DNA of 37,748 nt from a virus: IMG/VR virus record IMGVR_UViG_3300026198_000003; one strand, given 5' to 3'. Below are positions 16,473 to 25,704 of the stretch, piece after piece (the first letter of the stretch is position 1; every line of letters begins with the position of its first letter). Made by a program: the position numbers and the translations under genes. The notes beneath the pieces were generated by a model. The model was not told where the DNA came from. It was given only the letters and a program-made list of their open reading frames with translations, and searched no databases.

Positions 16473-17240
16473 ATGACAACTGTTGCCGATTTCGGCGAAT
16501 ACACGGGCATCATGGGAACCGTCACCGTTGGCGGCGTGCCCCTCGCGGATGTCGAGTACGACCTCAAGTGGGAGCGGACCACCGTCTCGCACCAGAGATC
16601 CGGGAAGCGCAGCGCGATCAACATCCCCGGGAGCCTGAAGGTCTCGACGACCATCAAGAAGGCGCTCGTCCGAACGGATGCGCCGACCGTGATCGGCTCG
16701 ACCCTGACGGACGTTCCGGCGACCGGCACGGCCGGGAACATCAAGACGGGTGTGACCCTCACGGCCGACGGCCGCACGGCATCGACCTCGCCGACCATCG
16801 CCACGCCGTCGCGGGTCCGGGCGACCGTCGTGACCGCGAACATCACGACCGAAGGGACGCTGACCATCATCGGCGAGGACGCGAACGGCGTCGTGATCAC
16901 CGACCCGATCCCGGTCGGACTGCTGACCGTGGGTCAGTACGTCACCTCGTCGAAGGTCTTCAAGAAGGTCTACGGCGTCGACGTCGACGGCATCCGGTCG
17001 ACGACCGGCACGCTGACCATCGCGTCGCTCGCCGGGAACGCGAGCTACACGGTCGGCGACCCGAAGATCTTCGACCTCGTCGGCACGCTGACGAAGGGGG
17101 TGCACACGCTGGTCTTCACGCAGCCCGACTGCTGGTTCGCCAACGGCGGGATCAACTGGACGAACGGCGATGAGATCGTTGAGGTTAACCTCAACGTCGA
17201 GATGCACGACCCCGACCTCCTGACGGTCGCGGAGACGTAA
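16473..17240 (+). CDS. Major tail (tube) protein
   Basis: A 255-aa T/V/G-rich beta protein directly upstream of the chaperone and tape measure genes. The call rests on synteny. Confidence 0.6.
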   Translation: MTTVADFGEYTGIMGTVTVGGVPLADVEYDLKWERTTVSHQRSGKRSAINIPGSLKVSTTIKKALVRTDAPTVIGSTLTDVPATGTAGNIKTGVTLTADGRTASTSPTIATPSRVRATVVTANITTEGTLTIIGEDANGVVITDPIPVGLLTVGQYVTSSKVFKKVYGVDVDGIRSTTGTLTIASLAGNASYTVGDPKIFDLVGTLTKGVHTLVFTQPDCWFANGGINWTNGDEIVEVNLNVEMHDPDLLTVAET

Positions 17241-17716
17241 TGGCGGCGAAGAGGGCCCCCCCCTCGCCCCTCGCCGACCCGGAGCACCAGGAGGCCGTCG
17301 AGAAGTTCAAGGCGGTCGAGCGGCGGGCGGCAGCGGACGCGAACGACGCGATCGCCATCCTCGAGCGGCGTGCCCGGCAGGCGACGCACGATGTCGAGCT
17401 GCCCGGCGGCGACGTGGTCCCGATCCGGGCGCGGCTCAGCAAGTACGCGATGCAGGAGTGTGGAAAACTCTTTTCGGCGATCTCCGAGGCCCACGCGGCC
17501 GGCGACGTCGCGAAGAGCGAGGACGCGTCGAACCGGCTGATCGGCCACCTGCTCTATGTCGAGGGCATGGAACCCGACGAGATCGCGGCATGGCTCACCG
17601 AGAACCCGGACAAGTTCAGCGACCTCGACGCCGCCGAGATCGTGATCGCGTTCGGCAGGATGCTCGCCGACGAGCAGGAGCGGCACAGCAAGCTCCAGAC
17701 CTTTCGCGCGGACTGA
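17240..17716 (+). CDS. Tail assembly chaperone (G-like)
   Basis: An acidic helical 158-aa protein between the tube and tape measure genes, with an overlapping downstream start-less ORF. Confidence 0.6.
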   Translation: MAAKRAPPSPLADPEHQEAVEKFKAVERRAAADANDAIAILERRARQATHDVELPGGDVVPIRARLSKYAMQECGKLFSAISEAHAAGDVAKSEDASNRLIGHLLYVEGMEPDEIAAWLTENPDKFSDLDAAEIVIAFGRMLADEQERHSKLQTFRAD

Positions 17717-17849
17717 CGCGGGGCAGAACTACGGGGCGTTCCTCCGGTTCCTGGGGTTCGTCGACCCCGCCGAATGGGCCGCGCTCGACGACGAGGTCCA
17801 GACCTACTGGGTAGCGTGGTATAATGAACAGGTCAAACGGCAGGGATAG
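17646..17849 (+). CDS. Tail assembly chaperone frameshift extension (T-like) in the +1 frame, with no start codon
   Basis: Open from 17646 to TAG 17847-17849. Coding GC3 and a natural-looking peptide (QNYGAFLRFLGFVDPAEWAALDDEVQTYWVAWYNEQVKRQG). No in-frame ATG, GTG or TTG. It overlaps the last 70 nt of the chaperone ORF. Confidence 0.5.
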   Translation, partial: SRSAGCSPTSRSGTASSRPFARTDAGQNYGAFLRFLGFVDPAEWAALDDEVQTYWVAWYNEQVKRQG

Positions 17850-17852
17850 CGG

Positions 17853-20800
17853 ATGGTCAACCTAGGCGAACTCGTTTTCTCAATCGTAGCCGAAGACAAG
17901 GCCAGCACGACCGTCGGCACCGCCGCCGCGAACATCGGCAAGGCCGGGCAGACGGCCGGGCTGGCCATGACCGGCATCGGCGTCGGCGCGAAGGTCATGG
18001 CCGACAACATCAACGGGACGTACGTCCCGTTCGATAAGGCGCTCCAGGGCATCCGGTCGATCGGCGCGTCGGCGGCCGACGTGGACAAGATCAAAGAGGC
18101 ATCCCTCGGCATCTCGTCGACGATGCCGGTCGCCGCGCAGGATCTCGTCGACTCGGCATACCTGATCCGGTCGGCCGGGTTCGAGTCGCTCGACCTCACG
18201 TCCTCGTTCGGCTCCGGTAAGAACTCTCTCGAGGCCCTGGCGCAGGTGGCCGTCGCCGGCGGCGAGGACATCACGGGCGTAACGCAGACCGTGATCACCG
18301 CGATGGGCGCCTATGGTGAGACGGCCTACTCGACCGCCGATATCGCGGCCGTCCTCGCGAACGGCGTGAAGCTCGGCAAGTTCGAGATGGGCGCGTTTGG
18401 GGCCGAGTTGCAGAAGAACATCGGCACCGCCGCCGGGCTCGGGATGTCACTCGAGACGACGGCGGCGGCGAACGTTATTCTCCAGAACTCGTTCTCCTCG
18501 GCCGAAGAGGCCGGCACCGGGCTCAAGTCCATGCTCGCCGCGCTCGTCGACCCCAAGAAGGTCGGCGACCTCGAAGAGATGGGCGTCAAAGTCAAGGACG
18601 CCGACGGCAACTTCGTCGGGCTGCAGTCCGTGCTCGAGCAGCTGGGGCCGGCGCTCGAGGGGATGACCGGGGGCACCTCTGAGACCGCGGCCGATCTGCA
18701 GGCGATGGGCATATCGGCGTTCGACTCGCAGGGAAAATTCATCGGGATGGACGCCGTCCTAAAGGGTCTGAATAAGACGTTTGCGAACCCGTCGGTGAAG
18801 TCCATGCAGTCGGCCATCACGGCCGCGGGCATGTCGGTCAAGGACGCCTCGGGCGCGTTCCTCGAGGGCGATGCCCTGACCGCGCAGTACGGCGACGCGA
18901 TGAAGAAGCTCGGCATCGTGGTCAACGAGAACACGGGCACGCTCGAACTCACGGGCAAGGCGTACGAGAAGTTCAACACCGAGCTCTCGGCGACCGGCGG
19001 CAGCGTCGAGCAGCAGGGCGCGCTCTTCGAGATCTTCGGCTCCTACGGCGTCCGGGCGGCGCAGGGGCTCCTGCAGAACGTCGACGCCCTCGGCGAGTAC
19101 ACCGCCACGATGGGCGACACGGGCGCGGTGCAGGAGATGATGAACGCGAACCTCGAGTCAACGTCTGCCCAGCTCGAGATCGCGAACAACAAGGCCGAAA
19201 ACGCAAAGATCTCCCTCGGTACCGCGATGGCCCCGGCAACGATCGCTGCAGCCGGCGCGATGGGCGGACTCGCGGACATCATCAGCGGGCTCCCCGGCCC
19301 CCTCCAGACGGCCGCGGGCGCGGCCCTGATGGGCGCGCAGTCGTTCCTCGGGATCGGTCCTGCCGTCGCAGGAGCCGGGACGATCATGACGACGTTCAGC
19401 AACCAGACGGTTCAGAAGATGATCCCCGGGCTCGGCAAGGTCGTGACGGGGATCACGGGCGCGGGCGGACTCATCCCGGCGTTCATGGCGATTGCCACGG
19501 GGCCGGTCGGGATCGCCATCGCGGCGATCGTTGCCATCGGTGCGGCGATCATCCTCCTCGACAAACAGTTTCACTTCATCGGCCCGACGATCGAATGGTT
19601 CGGCGAGGTCTTCAAGGGGATCGGCGACTGGCTCGGCAAGACGTTCGGGCCGATCATCGACGGCGTGATCGGGTTCTTCGGCGAACTCTTCGGCACGGTT
19701 GATTCCGGCAAAGGCCCGATCGAGACGATCATCGGGCTCTTCGCCTCGCTCGGCAAATGGGCCGCCGAGGTCGGGTCCGCGATCGGGGAGTACCTGACGC
19801 CGATCATCCAGGGCTTCGCGACGTGGATCGGCCAGACCCTCGGGCCCGCCATCAAGGGTGTGATCGGGTTCTTCGGCGAACTCTGGGAGGAGCTGAACAA
19901 GGCCGGCGGGGTCTTCGAGCGGGCCCGGGACGTCATCGTGGCCGCATGGAACGTGATCGCCAGTCTGTTCGGGGGCGGCGACGGGAACGGCGTGGTCGCG
20001 GCCATCAAGGGGCTGTGGGACGCCGTCCTCGCCTACGTGCCCGTGGCGTGGGGGTTCATCATCCAGGCCGTCGGCTCGGCGCTCGTCGCGCTCGGGACGT
20101 GGATCCTGACCAACGGCCCGCCGCTCGTCGTCGCGGCGATGCAGGCGATATGGACCGCGATCACGGTCACGATCCCGGCGGCATGGGAGCTGATCAAGTC
20201 GGCCGTGATTGAGGCCGCCGGGCTGATCTGGACCTGGCTCTCGACCGAGGGCGTACGGCTCGCGGGGGCGGCGGTCCTCTCGATCTGGACGTGGATCCAG
20301 AACGCTATCCCGGCTGCGTGGGCCGCGATACAGGCGGCAGTGGTCGCGGCGGCAAACGCGATCTGGGCATGGCTCACGGGCGAAGGGAAGGCCGGCGCGG
20401 ACACGGCCGTCAAGTCGATCTGGTCAACCATCGCGGGGGCCGTCCCGGACGCGTGGAAGGCGATCATGGCCGCCGTGCTCGCGGCAGCGCGGGCGATCTG
20501 GTCGTGGCTCTCCGGCGACGGTGCGGCAGAAGCGAAGAGCGCGATCGGTTCGGCATGGTCGGCCATCGCGAAAGCCGTGCCCGATGCGTGGAAGGCGATC
20601 ACGACCGCCGTGAAGAAGGCCGCCCAGGACGCCTGGGACGCTGCGCAGCGCATCCTGAAACAGCCTTTCACCTTCGAACTCCCCGACATCGTCGGCGCGG
20701 CCCGGCGGGCATACGACGCGGCGGCGTCGATCCTGTCGGACACGCTCCCAACTCCGAGCCCGTCGTACTCCCCGAGCAACGTCGTTTCCGACGAGAAGCG

Positions 20801-21194
20801 GTACGACAGCGACGGCGTCCAGGTCGGGGGGAACTCGCCGGGGAGCTATTACGGCGATTACATCTACAGCCCGGACGGCCACAAGATCGGCCGGTACATC
20901 GGCGGCAAGGCGACGTACTACCACTCGGGGGGCATCGCCGAGAATGAGCAGCTTGCAGTCCTCCTCAAGAACGAGCGCGTTCTGTCGCCGGCACAGACGA
21001 AGGAGTACGACGCCGGGCTGCTGTCGGCCGTGCAGGCGCTCGCGGCGAAGATCGACCAGCTCGGCGGTTCGGGCGGCGGCGACGTGATCGTTCACGGCGA
21101 CGTGAAGCTCAGTGAGGACTACTCATACGACCGCTTCCGGGAGGACGTCGGGCGCTGGAAGTCGAGCCGGATCGCGAAGGGGATGCTGTCATGA
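17853..21194 (+). CDS. Tape measure protein
   Basis: 1113 aa, helical and A/G-rich with hydrophobic segments. Internal tandem repeats (135-nt units at 20136-20650). Canonical position. Confidence 0.85.
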   Translation: MVNLGELVFSIVAEDKASTTVGTAAANIGKAGQTAGLAMTGIGVGAKVMADNINGTYVPFDKALQGIRSIGASAADVDKIKEASLGISSTMPVAAQDLVDSAYLIRSAGFESLDLTSSFGSGKNSLEALAQVAVAGGEDITGVTQTVITAMGAYGETAYSTADIAAVLANGVKLGKFEMGAFGAELQKNIGTAAGLGMSLETTAAANVILQNSFSSAEEAGTGLKSMLAALVDPKKVGDLEEMGVKVKDADGNFVGLQSVLEQLGPALEGMTGGTSETAADLQAMGISAFDSQGKFIGMDAVLKGLNKTFANPSVKSMQSAITAAGMSVKDASGAFLEGDALTAQYGDAMKKLGIVVNENTGTLELTGKAYEKFNTELSATGGSVEQQGALFEIFGSYGVRAAQGLLQNVDALGEYTATMGDTGAVQEMMNANLESTSAQLEIANNKAENAKISLGTAMAPATIAAAGAMGGLADIISGLPGPLQTAAGAALMGAQSFLGIGPAVAGAGTIMTTFSNQTVQKMIPGLGKVVTGITGAGGLIPAFMAIATGPVGIAIAAIVAIGAAIILLDKQFHFIGPTIEWFGEVFKGIGDWLGKTFGPIIDGVIGFFGELFGTVDSGKGPIETIIGLFASLGKWAAEVGSAIGEYLTPIIQGFATWIGQTLGPAIKGVIGFFGELWEELNKAGGVFERARDVIVAAWNVIASLFGGGDGNGVVAAIKGLWDAVLAYVPVAWGFIIQAVGSALVALGTWILTNGPPLVVAAMQAIWTAITVTIPAAWELIKSAVIEAAGLIWTWLSTEGVRLAGAAVLSIWTWIQNAIPAAWAAIQAAVVAAANAIWAWLTGEGKAGADTAVKSIWSTIAGAVPDAWKAIMAAVLAAARAIWSWLSGDGAAEAKSAIGSAWSAIAKAVPDAWKAITTAVKKAAQDAWDAAQRILKQPFTFELPDIVGAARRAYDAAASILSDTLPTPSPSYSPSNVVSDEKRYDSDGVQVGGNSPGSYYGDYIYSPDGHKIGRYIGGKATYYHSGGIAENEQLAVLLKNERVLSPAQTKEYDAGLLSAVQALAAKIDQLGGSGGGDVIVHGDVKLSEDYSYDRFREDVGRWKSSRIAKGMLS

Positions 21195-21529
21195 CGACGA
21201 CCATATCCTACGCCACCGTGACGCTCTCCCACCCGAATCTCGCGCCGATCGACCACGACCCCGTCTGCAACCAGACCGACCTGCACGGCGGCGGGGTGGG
21301 GCTCCAGGGCAGCACCCGCTCCAAACGGCAATGGACGGTCACCTGCCTCGTGGACAGCCATGACGAGATCGACGCGCTCGACGCCTTGAAGGGCACCTTG
21401 CAGACGCTCAACATCGACGGCGTGCTCTACCACGGTGTGATGATCTGCAAGCCGTTCATCGAGACGCAACTAACGCCGAGCGCGTGGAGCTACACAATCG
21501 GATTTATCCAGGAGACACCATCATCATGA
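21191..21529 (+). CDS. Hypothetical tail-tip associated protein
   Basis: ATGA overlap with the tape measure gene. 112 aa. The call rests on position only. Confidence 0.45.
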   Translation: MTTTISYATVTLSHPNLAPIDHDPVCNQTDLHGGGVGLQGSTRSKRQWTVTCLVDSHDEIDALDALKGTLQTLNIDGVLYHGVMICKPFIETQLTPSAWSYTIGFIQETPSS

Positions 21530-21903
21530 CACTCAGCATCTCACCGGTAACCATCGTCACGAACAAGACAGCGGCGGCGAACGGTGCCACGGCCATCGCC
21601 GACTGTGCGTCGGTCGACGGCTCGGCCGTGGTCGCCCTCGGCATCCTCGCGCAGTGCACATATCACGCCGACGCGACGGCAGGTTGTTCGGTGTACGTGT
21701 ACGCATCGACGGACAACGTCGGCTACGTCGGCTGGTTCGAGATCCAGGTCGTCGATATTCCGCTCGTGGCCGGCACGACGAAGGGCGTTGCGTTCTCGGT
21801 CCTGCCGGGGCACAAGTACTATCGGGTGCGCATCCGCAACTTCGACGCGGCGGTGGCTGCGACGGGCATCTATGTCTATGCCGAGCCGCAGGTACTGAGC
21901 TAA
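21526..21903 (+). CDS. Hypothetical beta-rich structural protein
   Basis: ATGA overlap with the upstream gene. 125 aa. Lies between the tape measure and fibre genes. Confidence 0.45.
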   Translation: MTLSISPVTIVTNKTAAANGATAIADCASVDGSAVVALGILAQCTYHADATAGCSVYVYASTDNVGYVGWFEIQVVDIPLVAGTTKGVAFSVLPGHKYYRVRIRNFDAAVAATGIYVYAEPQVLS

Positions 21904-21913
21904 GGAGCGGGCC

Positions 21914-24900
21914 ATGACCCGCGAGACCTATTTTCAGTGGCCTTACTCCCTTGAGTACGCCGTCGCCGACGCGCCGCCGACCGTCAACCTCCTGCACGAC
22001 GCGGCCGACCTGTCCGCGTGGGGCGCCTACGAGGCGACGGTCACACCGGACGCGCTCGCGGCACCGGGCGGCGACGTCTCCGCCGATCTGATCCTCGAGA
22101 CGACGGCGGCCTCGCCCCACTTCATCGACAAGCCCGTGACGGTCCTGCCGAACACGGACTATACTCTATCGTTCTACCTGCACGCGCAGGATCGGACGTA
22201 TGCCTGCCTGCACGCGCTCGGCGACGAGACGACGGCGTGGGCCTACTTTGATTTGTCCGTCGGCGGATGGGGTGCGGCGTCCGGCGTTGATGCGACCTGC
22301 GTATCGGACGAGGGCGACGGCTGGTTCCGGTGCTCGTTCACCTTCAACACCGGCGCGGACACCCTGATCGGCGTGGGCGTGGCGCCGTCGACTGCCGGCT
22401 CGTCCTGCTGGTCCGACGAGTACGCGGGTGATGCGGCAAAGGGGATTTACGCGACCCTGCCGCAGCTCGAGCCCGGCACGACGACGACGGACGCGATCCC
22501 CTGCTACGTGGTGCCGATCACGATCGCCTGGAAGCCCGGGATGCGGCAGGACTTCCGCGACCTCCGGTTTCGCGACGAGGGGATGGAGCCCTGCACGCAC
22601 CGGCTGGAGTCCTACACGGCCGGCACAACGGCGACGTTCCTGCTGGAGATCCGGCCCGGGCAGGAGCGGCTCTCCGTCCTCTACGGGAATGGCGCGGCCG
22701 TCTCGGCGTCGGACGACACGTTCTGCCCGGTGCTCGATGCGTTCAGCGGTGCCGCCGTCGATACCGGCATCTGGACGGACCTCGGCGGCACGGCCGTCTC
22801 TGGCGGCACCCTGACGATCACGGGGGGGGTTGGCGAGTTCGGCGTCTTGTCGATCGCCGCGCTCGGCATCGGGACGGAGCTCCGCGCCCGCCTCACCTAC
22901 ACGCCGGGCTCGGCCTCCTACACGGAGATCGGGTACGGGGGCGACGGGTCGGACTATGCCCTTCTCGTGTACGGCACCACCCTGGCCACATACACCCGGA
23001 ACGACGCCATGGGGGAGAGCACGGCGCTCGCGCTGCCGGCGGGCTATCACACCCTGGCGATCCGGCGGGCGTCGGCGTCGGCGGTCGTGTTCCTGATCGA
23101 CGGGGTGGCGGTCGCGACACACGATGAGCAGATCCCCGACGCCGCCGTTCCGATCCACATCGTCTCGACCTACAACATCGGCGCGAGCATGGCTCTCGAC
23201 TGGATCACCGTCCGCCCCTGCCTCGCCATCGAGCCGACGATCACGTACCTGAGCGCCGACTGCAACCCATGGTCGCCGCTCGTCAACCGCTCGAGCGCGC
23301 TCTTTGACGTGCCGTTCGACTGGTCGGACTTCGACGCCGTCAAGGAGCGGGCGCTCGTCTCCTACACGGTCCGGCGCTCGGCGTCCGACGTGATGTACTC
23401 CGCCGACGTGACGATCCACGACCTGGTCCCGCAGGGGACGAACTTCACCCGCGTCAAGCTCGTCGAGCCCGACCACAACGGCGTCGACCGGCTGATCTTC
23501 TTCGGCTTTCTGCCCGCGCAGACCTCGACGATCCAGGCGGCGAAGAACAGCACGAACTACAAGGGATGGGATTATGGGTACTACATCGCGTCGGCATACA
23601 TGCCCATCTCCTGGTGCACCCTGCCGAGCACGACGGCGAGTCCGGGGCAGTGGATCTATGACCGGATGTCCTACCCGACCCACTGGACCGATATTACCGA
23701 CCCGACGCGCGACCTCTTCGATCTGTCGAACGTGGACGTCGACGCGCCCGCCGCGTGGGGGACGGACGCCCTGCCCGTCCGCGACATCGTCTGCCCGACC
23801 ACCTCGTCTCACATGGCGGTCTATCAGGCGGTCGCGGCCAGGCTCGGCTGCATCTTCTATCCGCGCTGGATCGACGTGGGGAAGACGCCGACCATCGGCC
23901 ACCAGGACCCGGCGTACCGGATCATCCGCAAGGAGGCTGAGGACTACGATGCGGGCGGCGAGGGCGTCGGGTATCACGACACGACCGCGGCGAACCTCGG
24001 CGGGGCCTACCGAAAGGACGGCGTTGATATCGAGTACTTTGCGAGCGAAGCCGGGTACAACGTCGGGTGGATCCGTGACGGCGAATGGCTCAAATATACC
24101 GTGACGTTCCCGGTCACCGACACCTATGTCGCCCGGTTCAGGACGGCGAGCGCGGCGGCGGACGGGGTTCGGAAGTTCAAAGTCTACCTCGACGATGACG
24201 GCACGTTCGACGCCGGGAACCTCGTGAAAGAGATCGCCGTCGATGGGACGGGGTCGTATTCGGCGTTCGACTGGAACACCGACACCTGCGACGTGGTGAT
24301 CGGGACGGCCGGCGACCACACGATCACCCTGCTCTTCAACGACGCCGGCGACGACGTGAGCGACCTCCTGCACATGAACCTCGCGGCGATGGAGTTCACG
24401 CCGACCCCGCCCGACGACGGGACCGTTCCCCCGACCATCGTGCCGGCCCTCTACTGGTGCGACGAGGCCGACCTCGACACCGCGCTCGGGCTGCCCGTGA
24501 TCGAGATCCCGCCGTATGATCCGACCCTCGCGGGCGCGGTGAAGTACGCGGATGACATGAGCGACGTGGCCAACGCCGTGGTGGTCCGGTATCATCTCGG
24601 CACCGGCGCGACCCCCGACGAGATCCTCGAAACGACGGGCTGGATCGCGGACCGCAACGGGCTCGAGCACTGGATCGAGCACGTCGAGACGGTCGAGGCG
24701 CCCATATCCACGGCGACGGCGGTGGCGCTCCGCGACGCCCTGCTCGCCTACTTCGCCGAGGACTGGGGCACGGTCACGGCGAACTTCACGCGGCGCCCGG
24801 ACTTGCAGCTCTTCCAGCGGCTCTGGTTCCGGGGGCACGCGCAGATCCCGGAGTACGAGGACGACGGGACGACGCCGGTCCTGTTCCGCATCGTCGACAT

Positions 24901-25228
24901 CTCATACTCGGTCGGGCTCGCGAAGTGCGACGTGAGCATCACCGCCGTCCCGGTGCGGAAGTTTTCGATCGAACGGCAGATCGCCCGGACGCGGGCCCCC
25001 GACCCGGCGACGGAGATCGAGGCCGTCGCGCGGTCGGTCCTGAAGACGCTGCCGCCGGCCCTCACCGGGACTGCCGGGTCTGCGGTCGGGACGGGGTCGG
25101 TCGCGGTTGCCCTGGACCGTGGCGGCACCATCACGGCCCGGGGCGTGGCGGCGTCCGGCTCGCGGGTGATCTGTGTCTGGGCCGAGGGGATCGGGTACGT
25201 CGCGAGCGTGATCGCGGCGGCGGCCTGA
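21914..25228 (+). CDS. Large tail fibre / receptor-binding protein with several glycan-binding-type domains
   Basis: The N-terminal jelly-roll module is shared with 14580..15398. A DUF2341-like segment (DFRDLRFRDEGMEP...LSVLYGNG) is followed by a ConA-like segment. A CBM6-like segment is also present (EAEDYDAGGEGVGYHD...GWIRDGEWLKYTV...). Confidence 0.75.
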   Translation: MTRETYFQWPYSLEYAVADAPPTVNLLHDAADLSAWGAYEATVTPDALAAPGGDVSADLILETTAASPHFIDKPVTVLPNTDYTLSFYLHAQDRTYACLHALGDETTAWAYFDLSVGGWGAASGVDATCVSDEGDGWFRCSFTFNTGADTLIGVGVAPSTAGSSCWSDEYAGDAAKGIYATLPQLEPGTTTTDAIPCYVVPITIAWKPGMRQDFRDLRFRDEGMEPCTHRLESYTAGTTATFLLEIRPGQERLSVLYGNGAAVSASDDTFCPVLDAFSGAAVDTGIWTDLGGTAVSGGTLTITGGVGEFGVLSIAALGIGTELRARLTYTPGSASYTEIGYGGDGSDYALLVYGTTLATYTRNDAMGESTALALPAGYHTLAIRRASASAVVFLIDGVAVATHDEQIPDAAVPIHIVSTYNIGASMALDWITVRPCLAIEPTITYLSADCNPWSPLVNRSSALFDVPFDWSDFDAVKERALVSYTVRRSASDVMYSADVTIHDLVPQGTNFTRVKLVEPDHNGVDRLIFFGFLPAQTSTIQAAKNSTNYKGWDYGYYIASAYMPISWCTLPSTTASPGQWIYDRMSYPTHWTDITDPTRDLFDLSNVDVDAPAAWGTDALPVRDIVCPTTSSHMAVYQAVAARLGCIFYPRWIDVGKTPTIGHQDPAYRIIRKEAEDYDAGGEGVGYHDTTAANLGGAYRKDGVDIEYFASEAGYNVGWIRDGEWLKYTVTFPVTDTYVARFRTASAAADGVRKFKVYLDDDGTFDAGNLVKEIAVDGTGSYSAFDWNTDTCDVVIGTAGDHTITLLFNDAGDDVSDLLHMNLAAMEFTPTPPDDGTVPPTIVPALYWCDEADLDTALGLPVIEIPPYDPTLAGAVKYADDMSDVANAVVVRYHLGTGATPDEILETTGWIADRNGLEHWIEHVETVEAPISTATAVALRDALLAYFAEDWGTVTANFTRRPDLQLFQRLWFRGHAQIPEYEDDGTTPVLFRIVDISYSVGLAKCDVSITAVPVRKFSIERQIARTRAPDPATEIEAVARSVLKTLPPALTGTAGSAVGTGSVAVALDRGGTITARGVAASGSRVICVWAEGIGYVASVIAAAA

Positions 25229-25230
25229 CC

Positions 25231-25238
25231 TTTTTTTT
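25231..25238 (+). terminator. Oligo-T tract (T8) right after the fibre gene stop
   Basis: tgaccTTTTTTTTc with no obvious upstream hairpin. This is archaeal-type termination at the end of the late operon. Confidence 0.5.
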
Positions 25239-25299
25239 CACCGGTTGACCGATAGTTATTTATACTTACGGAGACTATAGTAGTATAGAGGAACACAAA

Positions 25300-25452
25300 A
25301 TGGAGAACAACAATTCGAACAACGACTGCGCCGGATGCGTCCACGTCTACCCCCTGAGCAAGAACGCAGACGTCGGAAATTTCTGCAAGTTCTGGAAAAC
25401 CTGCTGCGTCCGTGGCGGGTGCGGGAAATTCTATTCGAAACAGGAGGCGTGA
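25300..25452 (+). CDS. Small Cys-rich protein (50 aa)
   Basis: ATG preceded by agagga. CAGC...C..W..CC...GC pattern. First gene after the AT-rich promoter region 25239-25299 (tttatac, tatagtagtata). Confidence 0.5.
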   Translation: MENNNSNNDCAGCVHVYPLSKNADVGNFCKFWKTCCVRGGCGKFYSKQEA

Positions 25453-25455
25453 GTA

Positions 25456-25704
25456 ATGGAGTTCACGACGGTCACCGACGCCGGGACCTGGTACGACAAT
25501 TCCGGACTGCCTGGGTGGGAATGGTTCGAGGGGTTCTCGCGCGAGGACCTGGTCCAGTGGATCTGGCGCCGGTTCGATGGAATTGAGCGGGACTCTGACG
25601 AGGTCGCGTATTTCCACAGAGGCGACGAGCGCGTATCCGAGGACGACGCGATCGCACAGTACCTCCACGAGCACGGCGAAAACCCGGCGGACTACGGCCT
25701 ATGA
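25456..25704 (+). CDS. Hypothetical acidic W-rich protein
   Basis: An 82-aa ORF with an SD-like caggagg upstream, coupled by ATGA to the downstream radical SAM gene. Confidence 0.55.
   Translation: MEFTTVTDAGTWYDNSGLPGWEWFEGFSREDLVQWIWRRFDGIERDSDEVAYFHRGDERVSEDDAIAQYLHEHGENPADYGL

Noticed and set aside
17458-17814. The -1 frame ORF as the canonical G/GT frameshift product
   Set aside because: Its translation past the chaperone stop (…GRTTGRSSGSWGSSTPPNGPRSTTRSRPTG) looks off-frame, whereas the +1 frame has coding GC3 and a natural-looking peptide.
14815-22475. Diversity-generating retroelement (template/variable repeat pair), given the duplicated module in the adaptor and fibre genes
   Set aside because: No reverse transcriptase is present in the genome. 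The two copies differ at all base types and by indels, not by adenine-specific substitutions. Similarity extends over a whole domain.
22166-24838. Very long antisense ORFs (890 aa here; also 9252..11363 at 703 aa, 3411..4772 at 453 aa, 15828..17207 at 459 aa)
   Set aside because: These are typical high-GC shadow ORFs opposite genuine genes. Their translations are Arg/Gly/Pro/Asp-rich, they lie antisense to clearly recognisable structural genes, and they have no expression signals.
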